In this document: positions 42,110 through 50,113 of the stretch, one piece after another
How positions within the stretch are numbered: position 1 is the stretch's first letter
Layout: every line of letters begins with the position of its first letter
IMG/VR virus record: IMGVR_UViG_3300037504_000149
Reading direction: 5' to 3' (one strand)
DNA length: 64,000 nucleotides
Source: a virus
Lineage: Duplodnaviria > Caudoviricetes
The notes under the pieces: model-generated
Database searches by the model: none
What the model was told of the DNA's origin: nothing
The model's input: the letters and a program-made list of their open reading frames with translations, nothing else
Position numbers and translations under genes: made by a program

Positions 42110-42453
42110 TGGAACGCAAGCAAGCTTATGAGCTTATCCAGAAACATGCCTTACGCGCTCATCGAGGTGAAGTTAACTTTCGTGAAGCTATTTTAAATGA
42201 CCCCGAAATAACCAAGCGTCTATCACGAGCTACGATTCTAAAATGCTTTGAGCTGAAACCAAAATACCTAGATTATATTTACAAACGAGTTGAGAGAGCA
42301 ACACGTAAATATGGTGTGTTTGTAAGAGGATGTTCAACACCTTACTTAGGAGGGAGATATAGGAGTGGAAAATCGTTAGGATGTAATAGGAGAGGAGAGT
42401 ATAGTGGAGGGAAGCAAATGAGAAGAAGACTAAGGAAGGAGGTAACAAGATGA
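42109..42453 (+). CDS. stand-alone adenylosuccinate lyase (PurB) C-terminal domain-like protein
   Basis: R..AY.LIQK.A..A......FRE.IL.DP.IT..LS...I..CF.....LDYIYKRV matches the PurB C-terminus. Confidence 0.7.
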   Translation: MERKQAYELIQKHALRAHRGEVNFREAILNDPEITKRLSRATILKCFELKPKYLDYIYKRVERATRKYGVFVRGCSTPYLGGRYRSGKSLGCNRRGEYSGGKQMRRRLRKEVTR

Positions 42454-42548
42454 GTCTTTGGATGGCGATTAAACCTATAGTGCTGGTTATTGTTGGCATC
42501 TGCCTAGGGAGTGCTTTGTATTACTTTACAATAGGTAGAAGGAAGTAG
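42450..42548 (+). CDS. 32-aa single-TM peptide (below the track cutoff)
   Basis: AAGGAGG RBS; MSLWMAIKPIVLVIVGICLGSALYYFTIGRRK. Confidence 0.6.
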   Translation: MSLWMAIKPIVLVIVGICLGSALYYFTIGRRK

Positions 42549-42631
42549 AGAGGGAGAGGATAACAGTAGGAACGCAATAGAATATTACCTTCAGGAGATC
42601 CTACCTTACACCAGATCTAAGGAGATAAAGA

Positions 42632-42994
42632 ATGAAGATTCCACAGTATTACAACAAAGATAAAAAGATTCTCGCTATCATCATGACGGAGAAAGTTCTA
42701 AAAAACGTAACGTCTCGTATGATACTTGGTTGTATTGCTGATGCTTGTATATTTCGGGGGTTAGAAGTGGACTGCCTAGAAATATGCTTTCCAATGCTTG
42801 AGGATAAACCCCAACCTGTACCTTGGCAGACTACCCCTTTGATGCTTCAGGATGTTGTAGCTCTTCTGACTCGTCATCTTAATCGTGTTCCGGGAGGGGT
42901 GGTGGTAAGGTTTATAGATAACCATCACATACTAGAAATAACTGAACGGTGGATTCACCTAGACGAAGAGGAAGATAAAGAAGTAGATGAATAA
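42632..42994 (+). CDS. hypothetical protein
   Basis: AAGGAG RBS. Confidence 0.6.
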   Translation: MKIPQYYNKDKKILAIIMTEKVLKNVTSRMILGCIADACIFRGLEVDCLEICFPMLEDKPQPVPWQTTPLMLQDVVALLTRHLNRVPGGVVVRFIDNHHILEITERWIHLDEEEDKEVDE

Positions 42995-43316
42995 TGAGGT
43001 ACTACCTTACGAAATTACATTAAACACAGAGGAAGGTAATGACTACTTAGCTAGTTTCCTAGACGAGCCTCTACAACCAGGAACGGAAGTTAGTATCCTC
43101 TTTGAGTTTGATACAGGGCGGTGTTCCTTTGACTTCTTTAATGGTACAAGCTCACCAGAAGGTTGGGATGATGATTGGGAAGGAGCACTCGATTGGTTAT
43201 CTAAGAATGGTTATGAGGATGAGGTGGCAGAAATAAATCGCCTAGCAGAAGAGTGGAATACTTTTAGTTATCAAAAGGAGAACTATGAAGGTAACAGTGA
43301 CAACCGAGCACGGTGA
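42987..43316 (+). CDS. acidic hypothetical protein
   Basis: Strongly D/E-rich. Confidence 0.6.
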   Translation: MNNEVLPYEITLNTEEGNDYLASFLDEPLQPGTEVSILFEFDTGRCSFDFFNGTSSPEGWDDDWEGALDWLSKNGYEDEVAEINRLAEEWNTFSYQKENYEGNSDNRAR

Positions 43317-43530
43317 GATGAGTGGACAGGATGCCGTAGATCAATTGCGTCGTGATGTTGTGGAGGCTCGTGAGGATTGGCGAGAAGCTGCACAGAGAGC
43401 GATAGACAAGCCTACGGATGAGGACTTCAGGTGCTGGGATACTGACCGTGAGGCGCATAGACTTTATGAGAGGTATAAAACTTGCTTACTCCAGTTCTGT
43501 GACGTTGAGCGGGCAGTAGGAGAAGAGTGA
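43285..43530 (+). CDS. hypothetical protein
   Basis: AAGGAG RBS. Confidence 0.6.
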   Translation: MKVTVTTEHGEMSGQDAVDQLRRDVVEAREDWREAAQRAIDKPTDEDFRCWDTDREAHRLYERYKTCLLQFCDVERAVGEE

Positions 43531-43566
43531 CTGGGAACCCTAAAGAGGAGGTAGGTATGAGGAGGG

Positions 43567-43884
43567 ATGGTTATAATGACAGATGAACTCTTAGATATGA
43601 TAGATGTGGTAAATGCTTACCGTCCTTGGACTATGGAATATATAGTTGAGGAGGGGTATATCCCAGGGTCCGAACCTACTTGTGTGTTAACTGTAGAGAA
43701 TGGTGAAAGAATTTACAAGCCAGCAAAAGGAGAATGTTCTATAGATTATGGAGAGCTTGTGTATATGGAATGCTTCCAGTCTAAAAAAGAAGCAATAGAT
43801 AGGCGCAAAGAACTAGAAAATAAATACAAGTTACGCTGGGCACATATCTATCGCACAGAGGCAGAATACGAGAATGGGAGATAA
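43567..43884 (+). CDS. hypothetical protein
   Basis: GGAGG RBS; last gene before the non-coding region. Confidence 0.6.
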   Translation: MVIMTDELLDMIDVVNAYRPWTMEYIVEEGYIPGSEPTCVLTVENGERIYKPAKGECSIDYGELVYMECFQSKKEAIDRRKELENKYKLRWAHIYRTEAEYENGR

Positions 43885-44110
43885 GGAAGAAGTGAAGAGT
43901 AGGAGGGGGAGGCACGATAGTTATAAGAGATACAAGGGAGGGGAGGGAGTAGTTGTAGGAGAGACAGGAGGGACACAGGGGAGAGATGAGGTAGGGGAGG
44001 ATAGAGTTAGGAGGGAGTAGTTGTAGGAGGGGGAAAGCTATGATGATGGAGGGGAGGGAAGTTAGAGGGGACATAGAAGGAGTATAGCAGGAGTATAGAG
44101 GGGGGGGGAT
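43870..44110 (+). other. G-rich polypurine tract containing a 20-bp direct repeat
   Basis: Almost no C on +; GGAGGGAGTAGTTGTAGGAG at 43942 and 44010; ends in a G9 run. Confidence 0.85.
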
Positions 44111-44157
44111 TGTACTGCCTTCTGCGTCCCCCCGAATATCTACCCCCCTCTACCTCT

Positions 44158-44336
44158 ATTTTAACATATTTTTTATTAAATGTCAAGTGTCATCTTGCTA
44201 TATTATTAAAATCGAATATAAAATAAAATATACATTTTTTTTATTATAACATATTATTTATTAAATGTCAAGTAAAATCTTTTATTTTTTTATTTTTATA
44301 ATCTTTTATTATAACATATTATTTATTAAATGTCAA
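44158..44336 (-). promoter_or_regulatory. three tandem leftward sigma70 promoters
   Basis: Minus strand: TTGACA-17-TAAAAT (44158-44186) and TTGACA-17-TATAAT (44243-44271, 44308-44336), all with TGn and AT-rich upstream sequence. Confidence 0.85.
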
Positions 44337-44640
44337 GTAAAATCTTAATTTTTTATTTATTTTTATTATTCATACTTCCCTATTTATAATAATAATATCC
44401 TTATTTATAAACTCCGTAACTCCCCTATTATCAATAAGTTATAACTGGCCCCTATCGCCACTCAAGGCATACCATACCACCCCTAGAACCGATCGGCGCT
44501 CTATGGCCCGTTATATCGATCCTGAGCGAAAATGCGTAAATACGCATATGGAGCCAATTGATATACTGTCTCAGTGTGCGCAACGTCACACCTTCCAATA
44601 AATATCGTGTATCAATAAGCCTACTTTGTGATAAAAGCCC

Positions 44641-44669
44641 TTGACAACACTAATCTTTTATGTTAGAAT
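44641..44669 (+). promoter_or_regulatory. promoter, mirror copy of the cassette reverse promoter
   Basis: TTGACA-17-TAGAAT followed by CACGTTATGAGGGG, as at 45280. Confidence 0.75.
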
Positions 44670-45201
44670 CACGTTATGAGGGGCAGTGTAGGGGTTTATA
44701 CATATACTACACTCCCCACTATTCATATACTCAATACTACAATTACAATAATGGGGAGGTGTATTCATATACTAACTAATCCTTCCCCTATATACAACAT
44801 TGAATAATAGTAATCTTAATTAGCATCGTCGCATATGTATCTTTATTCATATGCTCCACCAGACATTACCTGCTACCAGTCTATTTATAATATGAATATC
44901 AAAACTTATAATTAAGTATGTTAACACTATACTTAATTATACCATATTCGCCTATTCTAAAATGGATTTTACAGAATAATCTAATATGAATATAAGAAGA
45001 ACAGGGGGAGGGACCAGATAATTACAATATGAATATAAACAATTCCCCACTTAGGGGTCTCTATACAGGAAAAATCCCCACTGCTATATGATTATTCCTA
45101 TGTAGAGAGTCGCTCTTTCCCCACTTATTCATACTACCAGCATTCATAACATGAATAAATGCAGGTATAGCAAGGGTCTAGGGGGTGGGGAATAAATAAA
45201 A

Positions 45202-45281
45202 GTGATATAAACCTTGTACCAATAGGGTTTTATAGTGATATAAACCCTTGCCGCACTAAGGTTTATAGTGATATAAACCTT
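45202..45281. repeat. three 33-bp-period repeats containing the palindrome AAGGTTTATA-GTGA-TATAAACCTT
   Basis: GTGATATAAACC at 45202, 45235, 45268. Confidence 0.85.
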
Positions 45282-45405
45282 GACACAAAAGAAGTTTTAT
45301 GTTAGAATCACGTTATGAGGGGGAGTGTAGGGGGAGTATATATAACTATATACGTATAATCGAATATCCAGAATAAAAAAAAACCCCCGGCGATAACACC
45401 GGGGG
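45280..45405 (-). repeat. mirror-orientation cassette module (promoter, conserved spacer, terminator of the minus-strand gene)
   Basis: TTGACA-17-TAGAAT, GAGGGGGAG, ATAATCGAATAT, hairpin CCCCCGG..CCGGGGG with a T-tract on the minus strand. Confidence 0.8.
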
Positions 45406-45415
45406 AAGGGGGCGG

Positions 45416-45598
45416 CTATGCGTCGTCAAGAGCACCGCGAGCAGACCAGACGGCCTGGGCGGCCCGAACTATGGCACTGCGGGCGGCGGCGGCAGGGTCG
45501 CTGGTGAGGTGTTTGAGGGCGTCAAGGGTGTTGTATGCATCGCAAATGTCGTTGATAGCGGAAGTGAGGGCGGCGGCGGCGCGGGCAGTGTTTCTCAT
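45416..45598 (-). CDS. cassette cargo, 60-aa Ala-rich helical protein
   Basis: Has its own promoter (45649-45678 on -), GCCCC-ACC-GGGGC leader hairpin, GGGAG RBS and terminator. Confidence 0.75.
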   Translation of the reverse strand: MRNTARAAAALTSAINDICDAYNTLDALKHLTSDPAAAARSAIVRAAQAVWSARGALDDA

Positions 45599-45648
45599 GA
45601 TCTTCTCCCTTCTGCCCCGGTGGGGCGGTTGTTGATTGTTGTGAGACA

Positions 45649-45731
45649 AGTATACCATATAAACTAGAGGATTGTCAAGGGTAAAATTAAATAAAATAGT
45701 ACTTGACTTTAAGGGAGTTTTATGTTATCAT
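45649..45731. promoter_or_regulatory. back-to-back promoter pair, mirror orientation
   Basis: Minus TTGACA-18-TATACT; plus TTGACT-17-TATCAT; 24 bp between the -35 boxes. Confidence 0.8.
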
Positions 45732-46070
45732 CATGTTATGAGGGGGAGTGTAGGGGGAAGGGAGCGGGAGACGTTGAATAGTTACAATATGAATGGGGGA
45801 GTAGAGGGGAGCGGGAGATGTTGAGAGGATGTTGAATAGTTAGAATATGAATAGGGAGGAAGAAGGGGGGGTGATTATTCATATTAAGATCATTCTGAGA
45901 TTTTGCAGGGTATTTATATTATTGATATACCGTACAATCCCCCAATATACGCGCACAAAATTTTGCAACCCCCAATTTTAATTATTCATAATAATTATAT
46001 TCTACCCCCCCCCTGCTCCTTCCCCTGCTCCCGTATTCCTCGCGCTATTATAATTCTACATACCTACCAT

Positions 46071-46209
46071 AAAAGAGTTTAACATAAAACTTCCCTGAAG
46101 TCAATACCTATTTTATTCCATTTTATCCTTGACAAGTTTTCAATCCATATGGTATACTGCCTTCAGAAGATAAAAACGCCCCGGAGGGGGCATAACCTGG
46201 AAGGGAACG
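46071..46209 (+). repeat. cassette module R0 (no terminator)
   Basis: AGTCAA 46099-46104, TTGACA 46129-46134, TATACT 46153, leader hairpin, RBS. Confidence 0.9.
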
Positions 46210-46410
46210 ATGGATAAGGAAAACTTTGATGTATTTTATGCGGCGGCGCAAGCTGTAGCAACACTTAAATCAGCTCGTGCCATTGCCTGTGTCGTTGACG
46301 CTGCTGTCCGTACAAAAGAAACACGGACAGCGCTGAATAAAATCTGTGATGCGCTGAAAACGATGGAATCGGTGCGAAACAGTAACCTAGAAACAATATA
46401 TTCTCGCTAA
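46210..46410 (+). CDS. cassette cargo, 66-aa helical protein
   Basis: Lies between R0 and R1. Confidence 0.8.
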   Translation: MDKENFDVFYAAAQAVATLKSARAIACVVDAAVRTKETRTALNKICDALKTMESVRNSNLETIYSR

Positions 46411-46422
46411 ACATACTACACC

Positions 46423-46655
46423 GCCCCGCTGGAATCCAGCGGGGCTTTTCTTTATCCTGGATATTCGATTATTCTTATATCCTATTTTATATATTCCCCT
46501 TAGTCTTCCCCTTCAAACATAATGCTAACATAAAACTTACCTGAAGTCAATACCTATTTTATTCAATTTTATCCTTGACAATCTAGGAACTAGTATGATA
46601 TAATAGCTTTACAAGATTAGAAACGCCCGCAAGGCGGGCATAACAGGGAGGATAT
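46423..46655 (+). repeat. cassette module R1
   Basis: Terminator GCCCCGCTGG-AAT-CCAGCGGGGC-TTTT, spacer, AGTCAA 46545, TTGACA 46575, leader, RBS. Confidence 0.95.
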
Positions 46656-46838
46656 ATGGAACGGACAACCTATATTGTTATCGGCGGCCAGCAGGTCGGC
46701 ATCACTGGCAACCCCAACGATGACCCGCTGTCCGCCCCGGCGGCCAAGGCGGCGCTGAAGGACTATCGCGCCCGCACCGGCCGGACCGCTGTCCCTATCC
46801 GGCTGGCCAATGGGACGGTATTCTCACGGGGATTCTAG
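46656..46838 (+). CDS. cassette cargo, 60-aa protein
   Basis: GGGAGG RBS; GC-rich. Confidence 0.8.
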   Translation: MERTTYIVIGGQQVGITGNPNDDPLSAPAAKAALKDYRARTGRTAVPIRLANGTVFSRGF

Positions 46839-46846
46839 GTTATTAC

Positions 46847-47076
46847 GCCCCGCTGGAATCCAGCGGGGCTTTTCTATACCTTGTATATTCGATTATTCTT
46901 ATATCCTAATATATTCCCCTTAGTCTCCCCCTTCAAACATAATGCTAACATAAAACTTCCCTGAAGTCAAGACCTATTTTATTCCATTTTATACTTGACA
47001 ATCTAGGAATCCATATGGTATACTACTTTCAGAAGATGAAAACGCCCCGGAGGGGCAAAACTAGGGAGGGGAAAGA
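46847..47076 (+). repeat. cassette module R2
   Basis: Near-identical to R1; AGTCAA 46965, TTGACA 46995. Confidence 0.95.
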
Positions 47077-47328
47077 ATGGAGTATTTATTGCGTCTGACC
47101 CGCGCCCGATATAATGATATACCGATAGATAACATCGGGCAAGCTACGCGAATAAAGGTCAAGAGTATACAAGCCGCTAAGATAGCGGCAACAAGATGGG
47201 CGGAGCAAGTGGCAACACCAAACAAGCCCTATTGTGTCGTTATCTACACAATCGAGGGTACACCTATAATAAGAAAACACAGCTTTACTAAGAAATGGGC
47301 GAAAGCGGGAGAATTCTACTGTACCTAG
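47077..47328 (+). CDS. cassette cargo, 83-aa basic protein
   Basis: GGGAGG RBS. Confidence 0.8.
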   Translation: MEYLLRLTRARYNDIPIDNIGQATRIKVKSIQAAKIAATRWAEQVATPNKPYCVVIYTIEGTPIIRKHSFTKKWAKAGEFYCT

Positions 47329-47334
47329 CATTTA

Positions 47335-47563
47335 CCCCCGCTGGATTCCAGCGGGGCTTTTCTTTATCCTGGATATTCGATTATTCTTATATCCTAATAT
47401 ATTCCCCTTACTCTCCCCTTCAAACATAATGCTAACATAAAACTTCCCTGAAGTCAAGACCTATTTTATTCCATTTTATACTTGACACTCTAGGAACTAG
47501 TATGGTATACTACCTTCAGAAGATGAAAAGCCCGCATAGCGGGCATAACAGGAAGGGAAACGG
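47335..47563 (+). repeat. cassette module R3
   Basis: AGTCAA 47452, TTGACA 47482. Confidence 0.95.
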
Positions 47564-47896
47564 ATGATTTACGAAGTTATTACTCGCGATGAACTCTATC
47601 ACCGTCTGAAGGGGTATAACGACGTATTCTCGTATGAGGGGGCTCGGATAATATACGATTATATTACCGAACTCGGCGATACGGAGCTAGACGTTCCCGA
47701 CATTCACGGCGGGTTTACGGAGTATTCCGATGCTGAGGAAGCGGCAGAGGACATTCTCCCCCCTGATGAGGTCGAGGAAATGCGGAAAGAATTCGCGGAA
47801 TTCCCCGGCCTTGATGATGAATGCTGGAAGGCGCTGGAGCGGGCCGGTGAAACAGTGCTGGGCTCGGCGTCCGGGCCTGTCATTATCGCGGAATAG
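47564..47896 (+). CDS. cassette cargo, 110-aa strongly acidic protein
   Basis: D/E-rich; single gene between R3 and R4. Confidence 0.8.
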   Translation: MIYEVITRDELYHRLKGYNDVFSYEGARIIYDYITELGDTELDVPDIHGGFTEYSDAEEAAEDILPPDEVEEMRKEFAEFPGLDDECWKALERAGETVLGSASGPVIIAE

Positions 47897-47903
47897 TTTT
47901 ATC

Positions 47904-48130
47904 GCCCCGCTGGTATTCCAGCGGGGCTTTTCTATACCTTGTATATTCGATTATTCTTATATATATTCCCCTTACACTTCCCCTTCAAACATAATGCTAA
48001 CATAAAAGTTCCCTGAAGTCAATACCTATTTTATTTAATTTTACACTTGACAATCATTTAATCCGTATGATATAATACCTTTACAAGATTGAAACGCCCC
48101 TACAGGGGCATAACAGGAAAGGGAAGGAAT
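47904..48130 (+). repeat. cassette module R4
   Basis: AGTCAA 48017, TTGACA 48047. Confidence 0.95.
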
Positions 48131-48568
48131 ATGATTTACACCAATCTTGATGAAGCACGCGCCGCGAAGGCGGCGAGCGTAGCAAAGGCGCGAGAGCTGG
48201 AGTCCCGCGCTATCGAAGGTGAGGGGCCTACTTCCACCGAAGCCGAAGAAGTCAGGCATGAACGGTGGATCAAGGAAAACACCCTGGTTGTTACCAGGCA
48301 CGCAGGCCTGGTCGACTACATCAAAGAAGAGTTCATTTATCCCGCGTACCTGGCATCAGACGTGGTATTCTCTCACGTTGAGCAAAAGGACGTGGAGGGG
48401 AAGCACGTGGTTGGCATTTTGCCGCTCCACCTGGCCGCATTGGCAGATAAGGTGACGGTCATCCCCCTGAACCTGACCCCGGCGGATCGAGGTCAGGAAC
48501 TTTCCGCCGAACGGGTGCGGGAAGTGGCCGGTGACCCGGTAACCTACCGGGTCGAGCAGGTGAATTAG
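48131..48568 (+). CDS. Csx16-like protein (putative cyclic-oligoadenylate ring nuclease)
   Basis: VTRHAG...VVGILPLHLAA...L.LTPADRGQELSAE matches the recalled Csx16 pattern SRHPG...IGTLP.HLAA...RG.ELS. Start moved to 48131. Confidence 0.75.
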   Translation: MIYTNLDEARAAKAASVAKARELESRAIEGEGPTSTEAEEVRHERWIKENTLVVTRHAGLVDYIKEEFIYPAYLASDVVFSHVEQKDVEGKHVVGILPLHLAALADKVTVIPLNLTPADRGQELSAERVREVAGDPVTYRVEQVN

Positions 48569-48576
48569 CTCTCACT

Positions 48577-48707
48577 GCCCCGCTGGATTCCAGCGGGGCT
48601 TTTCTATACCTTGTATATTCGATTATTCTTATATCCTATTATATATATATATTACCCTAGTCTCCCCCTTCAAACATAATGCTAACATAAAACTTCCCTG
48701 AAGTCAA
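48577..48707 (+). repeat. cassette module R5 (terminator and reverse promoter only)
   Basis: Similarity ends just after AGTCAA 48702-48707. Confidence 0.9.
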
Positions 48708-48903
48708 GAACTATTTTAATGTATCTAAAACAAGGCAGCACAAGGGTATATTTTAGTCGCCCGTAGAAGTGATATAACGGGCCGTAGATGGCCGTAAAGG
48801 GTGGCAGAGTGGTATAGTATACTTATCTATTGAACGGCCTTAAAATCGCCCTACGGGCATTATATGGAATATCAGGAAAGTTTAATATAGATAAAGTTTT
48901 CTC

Positions 48904-49136
48904 TTGACAGGGAGCAAAGGTTATGATATACTTCCCCCGTAAGATTGAGAAATAGATACCTGAAACGCCCCCCAGAGGGGGCATAAAGGAAAGGGGAATA
49001 AATGAAGGGTTGACAGCGATGGGGAAGTATGATATACTTCCCCCGTAAGATTGAAGATGTAGTAAACGCCCCTACGGGGCACAAAGGAAAGGGGCTAAAA
49101 TTAGGGGTTGACAAGGGTGGGGAAGTATGATATAAT
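48904..49136 (+). promoter_or_regulatory. three tandem promoters, the first two with leader hairpin and RBS but no gene
   Basis: TTGACA-17-TATACT at 48904 and 49010; TTGACA-17-TATAAT at 49108; ~100-bp period. Confidence 0.85.
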
Positions 49137-49145
49137 CCCCTTGAT

Positions 49146-49389
49146 GAGCGTTACCTATAACACAGTATCATTTATTCACTAGAGTTAACAAGGGAGGGAG
49201 GCGCAGGATGAAACACTATCAGCGTAACATCCTGCTGGAACCCGGTTAAATCATCGGGGCGGAAAGTAAGTCGGCCCCGCCCCGGCTTTCCCGGGCCTTA
49301 ACATGGGATACACCGTAGACCTATTGTGATCAACGGTAAATCCGTTGTGACGCTCCCCCGGTCCCTAAACTATGGGGACCGGGGATTTT
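49146..49389 (+). ncRNA. candidate structured ncRNA A with its own terminator
   Basis: End pairing GAGCGTTAC/GTGACGCTC, four internal hairpins, terminator stem 49356-49384. Only a 13-aa ORF inside. Confidence 0.6.
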
Positions 49390-49430
49390 AGTATAGTTAG
49401 TTTATATTATAAGACTGCCGGACTGCCCAC

Positions 49431-49569
49431 AAAAGAGTTTAACATAAAAGTTACCTGAAGTCAATACCTATTTTATTTAATTTTACGCTTGACATTCTAG
49501 GAACTAGTATGATATAATAGCTTTACAAGATTAAAACGCCCCGGAACGGGGCATAACAGGGAGGGAACG
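49431..49569 (+). repeat. cassette module R6 (no terminator, same 5' end as R0)
   Basis: AAAAGAGTTTAACATAAAA..., AGTCAA 49459, TTGACA 49489. Confidence 0.9.
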
Positions 49570-49782
49570 GTGTTTCACTTAAAATTCTACGACGGGACGA
49601 CCGGGAGTGCCGGTTGTTACGGGAGTTTTGATACGCTCGCCGACGCTATGGCTGAGTGTGATACCGTCCCCGGTTGCTCCGGGGAGTCAGGGTATGAGTC
49701 ATCCTCGTTGTATATCGAGGATGACACAGGAGAAGTTGTCGCATCCCTAGGCGCATATTGCGCCGGTTGGGTTGTGGGCTAG
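49570..49782 (+). CDS. cassette cargo, 70-aa acidic protein
   Basis: GGGAGG RBS, GTG start. Confidence 0.75.
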   Translation: MFHLKFYDGTTGSAGCYGSFDTLADAMAECDTVPGCSGESGYESSSLYIEDDTGEVVASLGAYCAGWVVG

Positions 49783-49789
49783 ATTTACG

Positions 49790-49962
49790 GCCCCGCTGAT
49801 ATTCTCAGCGGGGCTTTTCTTTTACCTTGTATATTCGATTATTCTTATATATATCCCCTTACTCTCCCCCTTCAAACATAATGATAACATAAAACTTTCC
49901 TGAAGTCAACCCCTAAATTTCCCTATTAAATCCTTGACATCTATCTGCTGTTTTGATACAAT
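49790..49962 (+). repeat. cassette module R7 (variant; drives an RNA, no leader or RBS)
   Basis: Terminator with compensatory TGA/TCA change; AGTCAA 49904; TTGACA 49934-17-TACAAT. Confidence 0.9.
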
Positions 49963-49969
49963 ACTCGTC

Positions 49970-50102
49970 GAGGTGGCAGCCGCAGTAGGCGCAGGGAAGT
50001 TGAGACCCCTAGACGTAGGACTCCGGTCCCTGTATCCCCGCCGATCACGGGGTGCATGCGGGTGTCGGGATTGTCCGGGCAATCCCCAATCCCGCCCACC
50101 TT
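49970..50102 (+). ncRNA. candidate structured ncRNA B occupying a cassette slot
   Basis: GAGGTGG/CCACCTT closing stem with four internal stems; lies between promoter and terminator; no RBS or ATG-started ORF of meaningful length. Confidence 0.7.
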
Positions 50103-50113
50103 ACATGAAACGG

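Larger units (their letters stand above)
44368..45990. repeat. dispersed ATTCATA/TATGAAT motif, 13 exact copies
   Basis: At 44368, 44721, 44763, 44845, 44891, 44985, 45028, 45127, 45142, 45788, 45846, 45877, 45984. Confidence 0.8.

Noticed and set aside
1830-43458. Numerous minus-strand and nested ORFs of 60-180 aa
   Set aside because: They are antisense shadows of well-supported plus-strand genes, with no recognisable motifs.
43781-44074. Minus-strand 97-aa ORF
   Set aside because: Low-complexity Pro/Ser/Leu shadow of the G-rich tract.
45202-45281. Mini-CRISPR
   Set aside because: The 33-bp period leaves only ~13 variable bases, too short for spacers.
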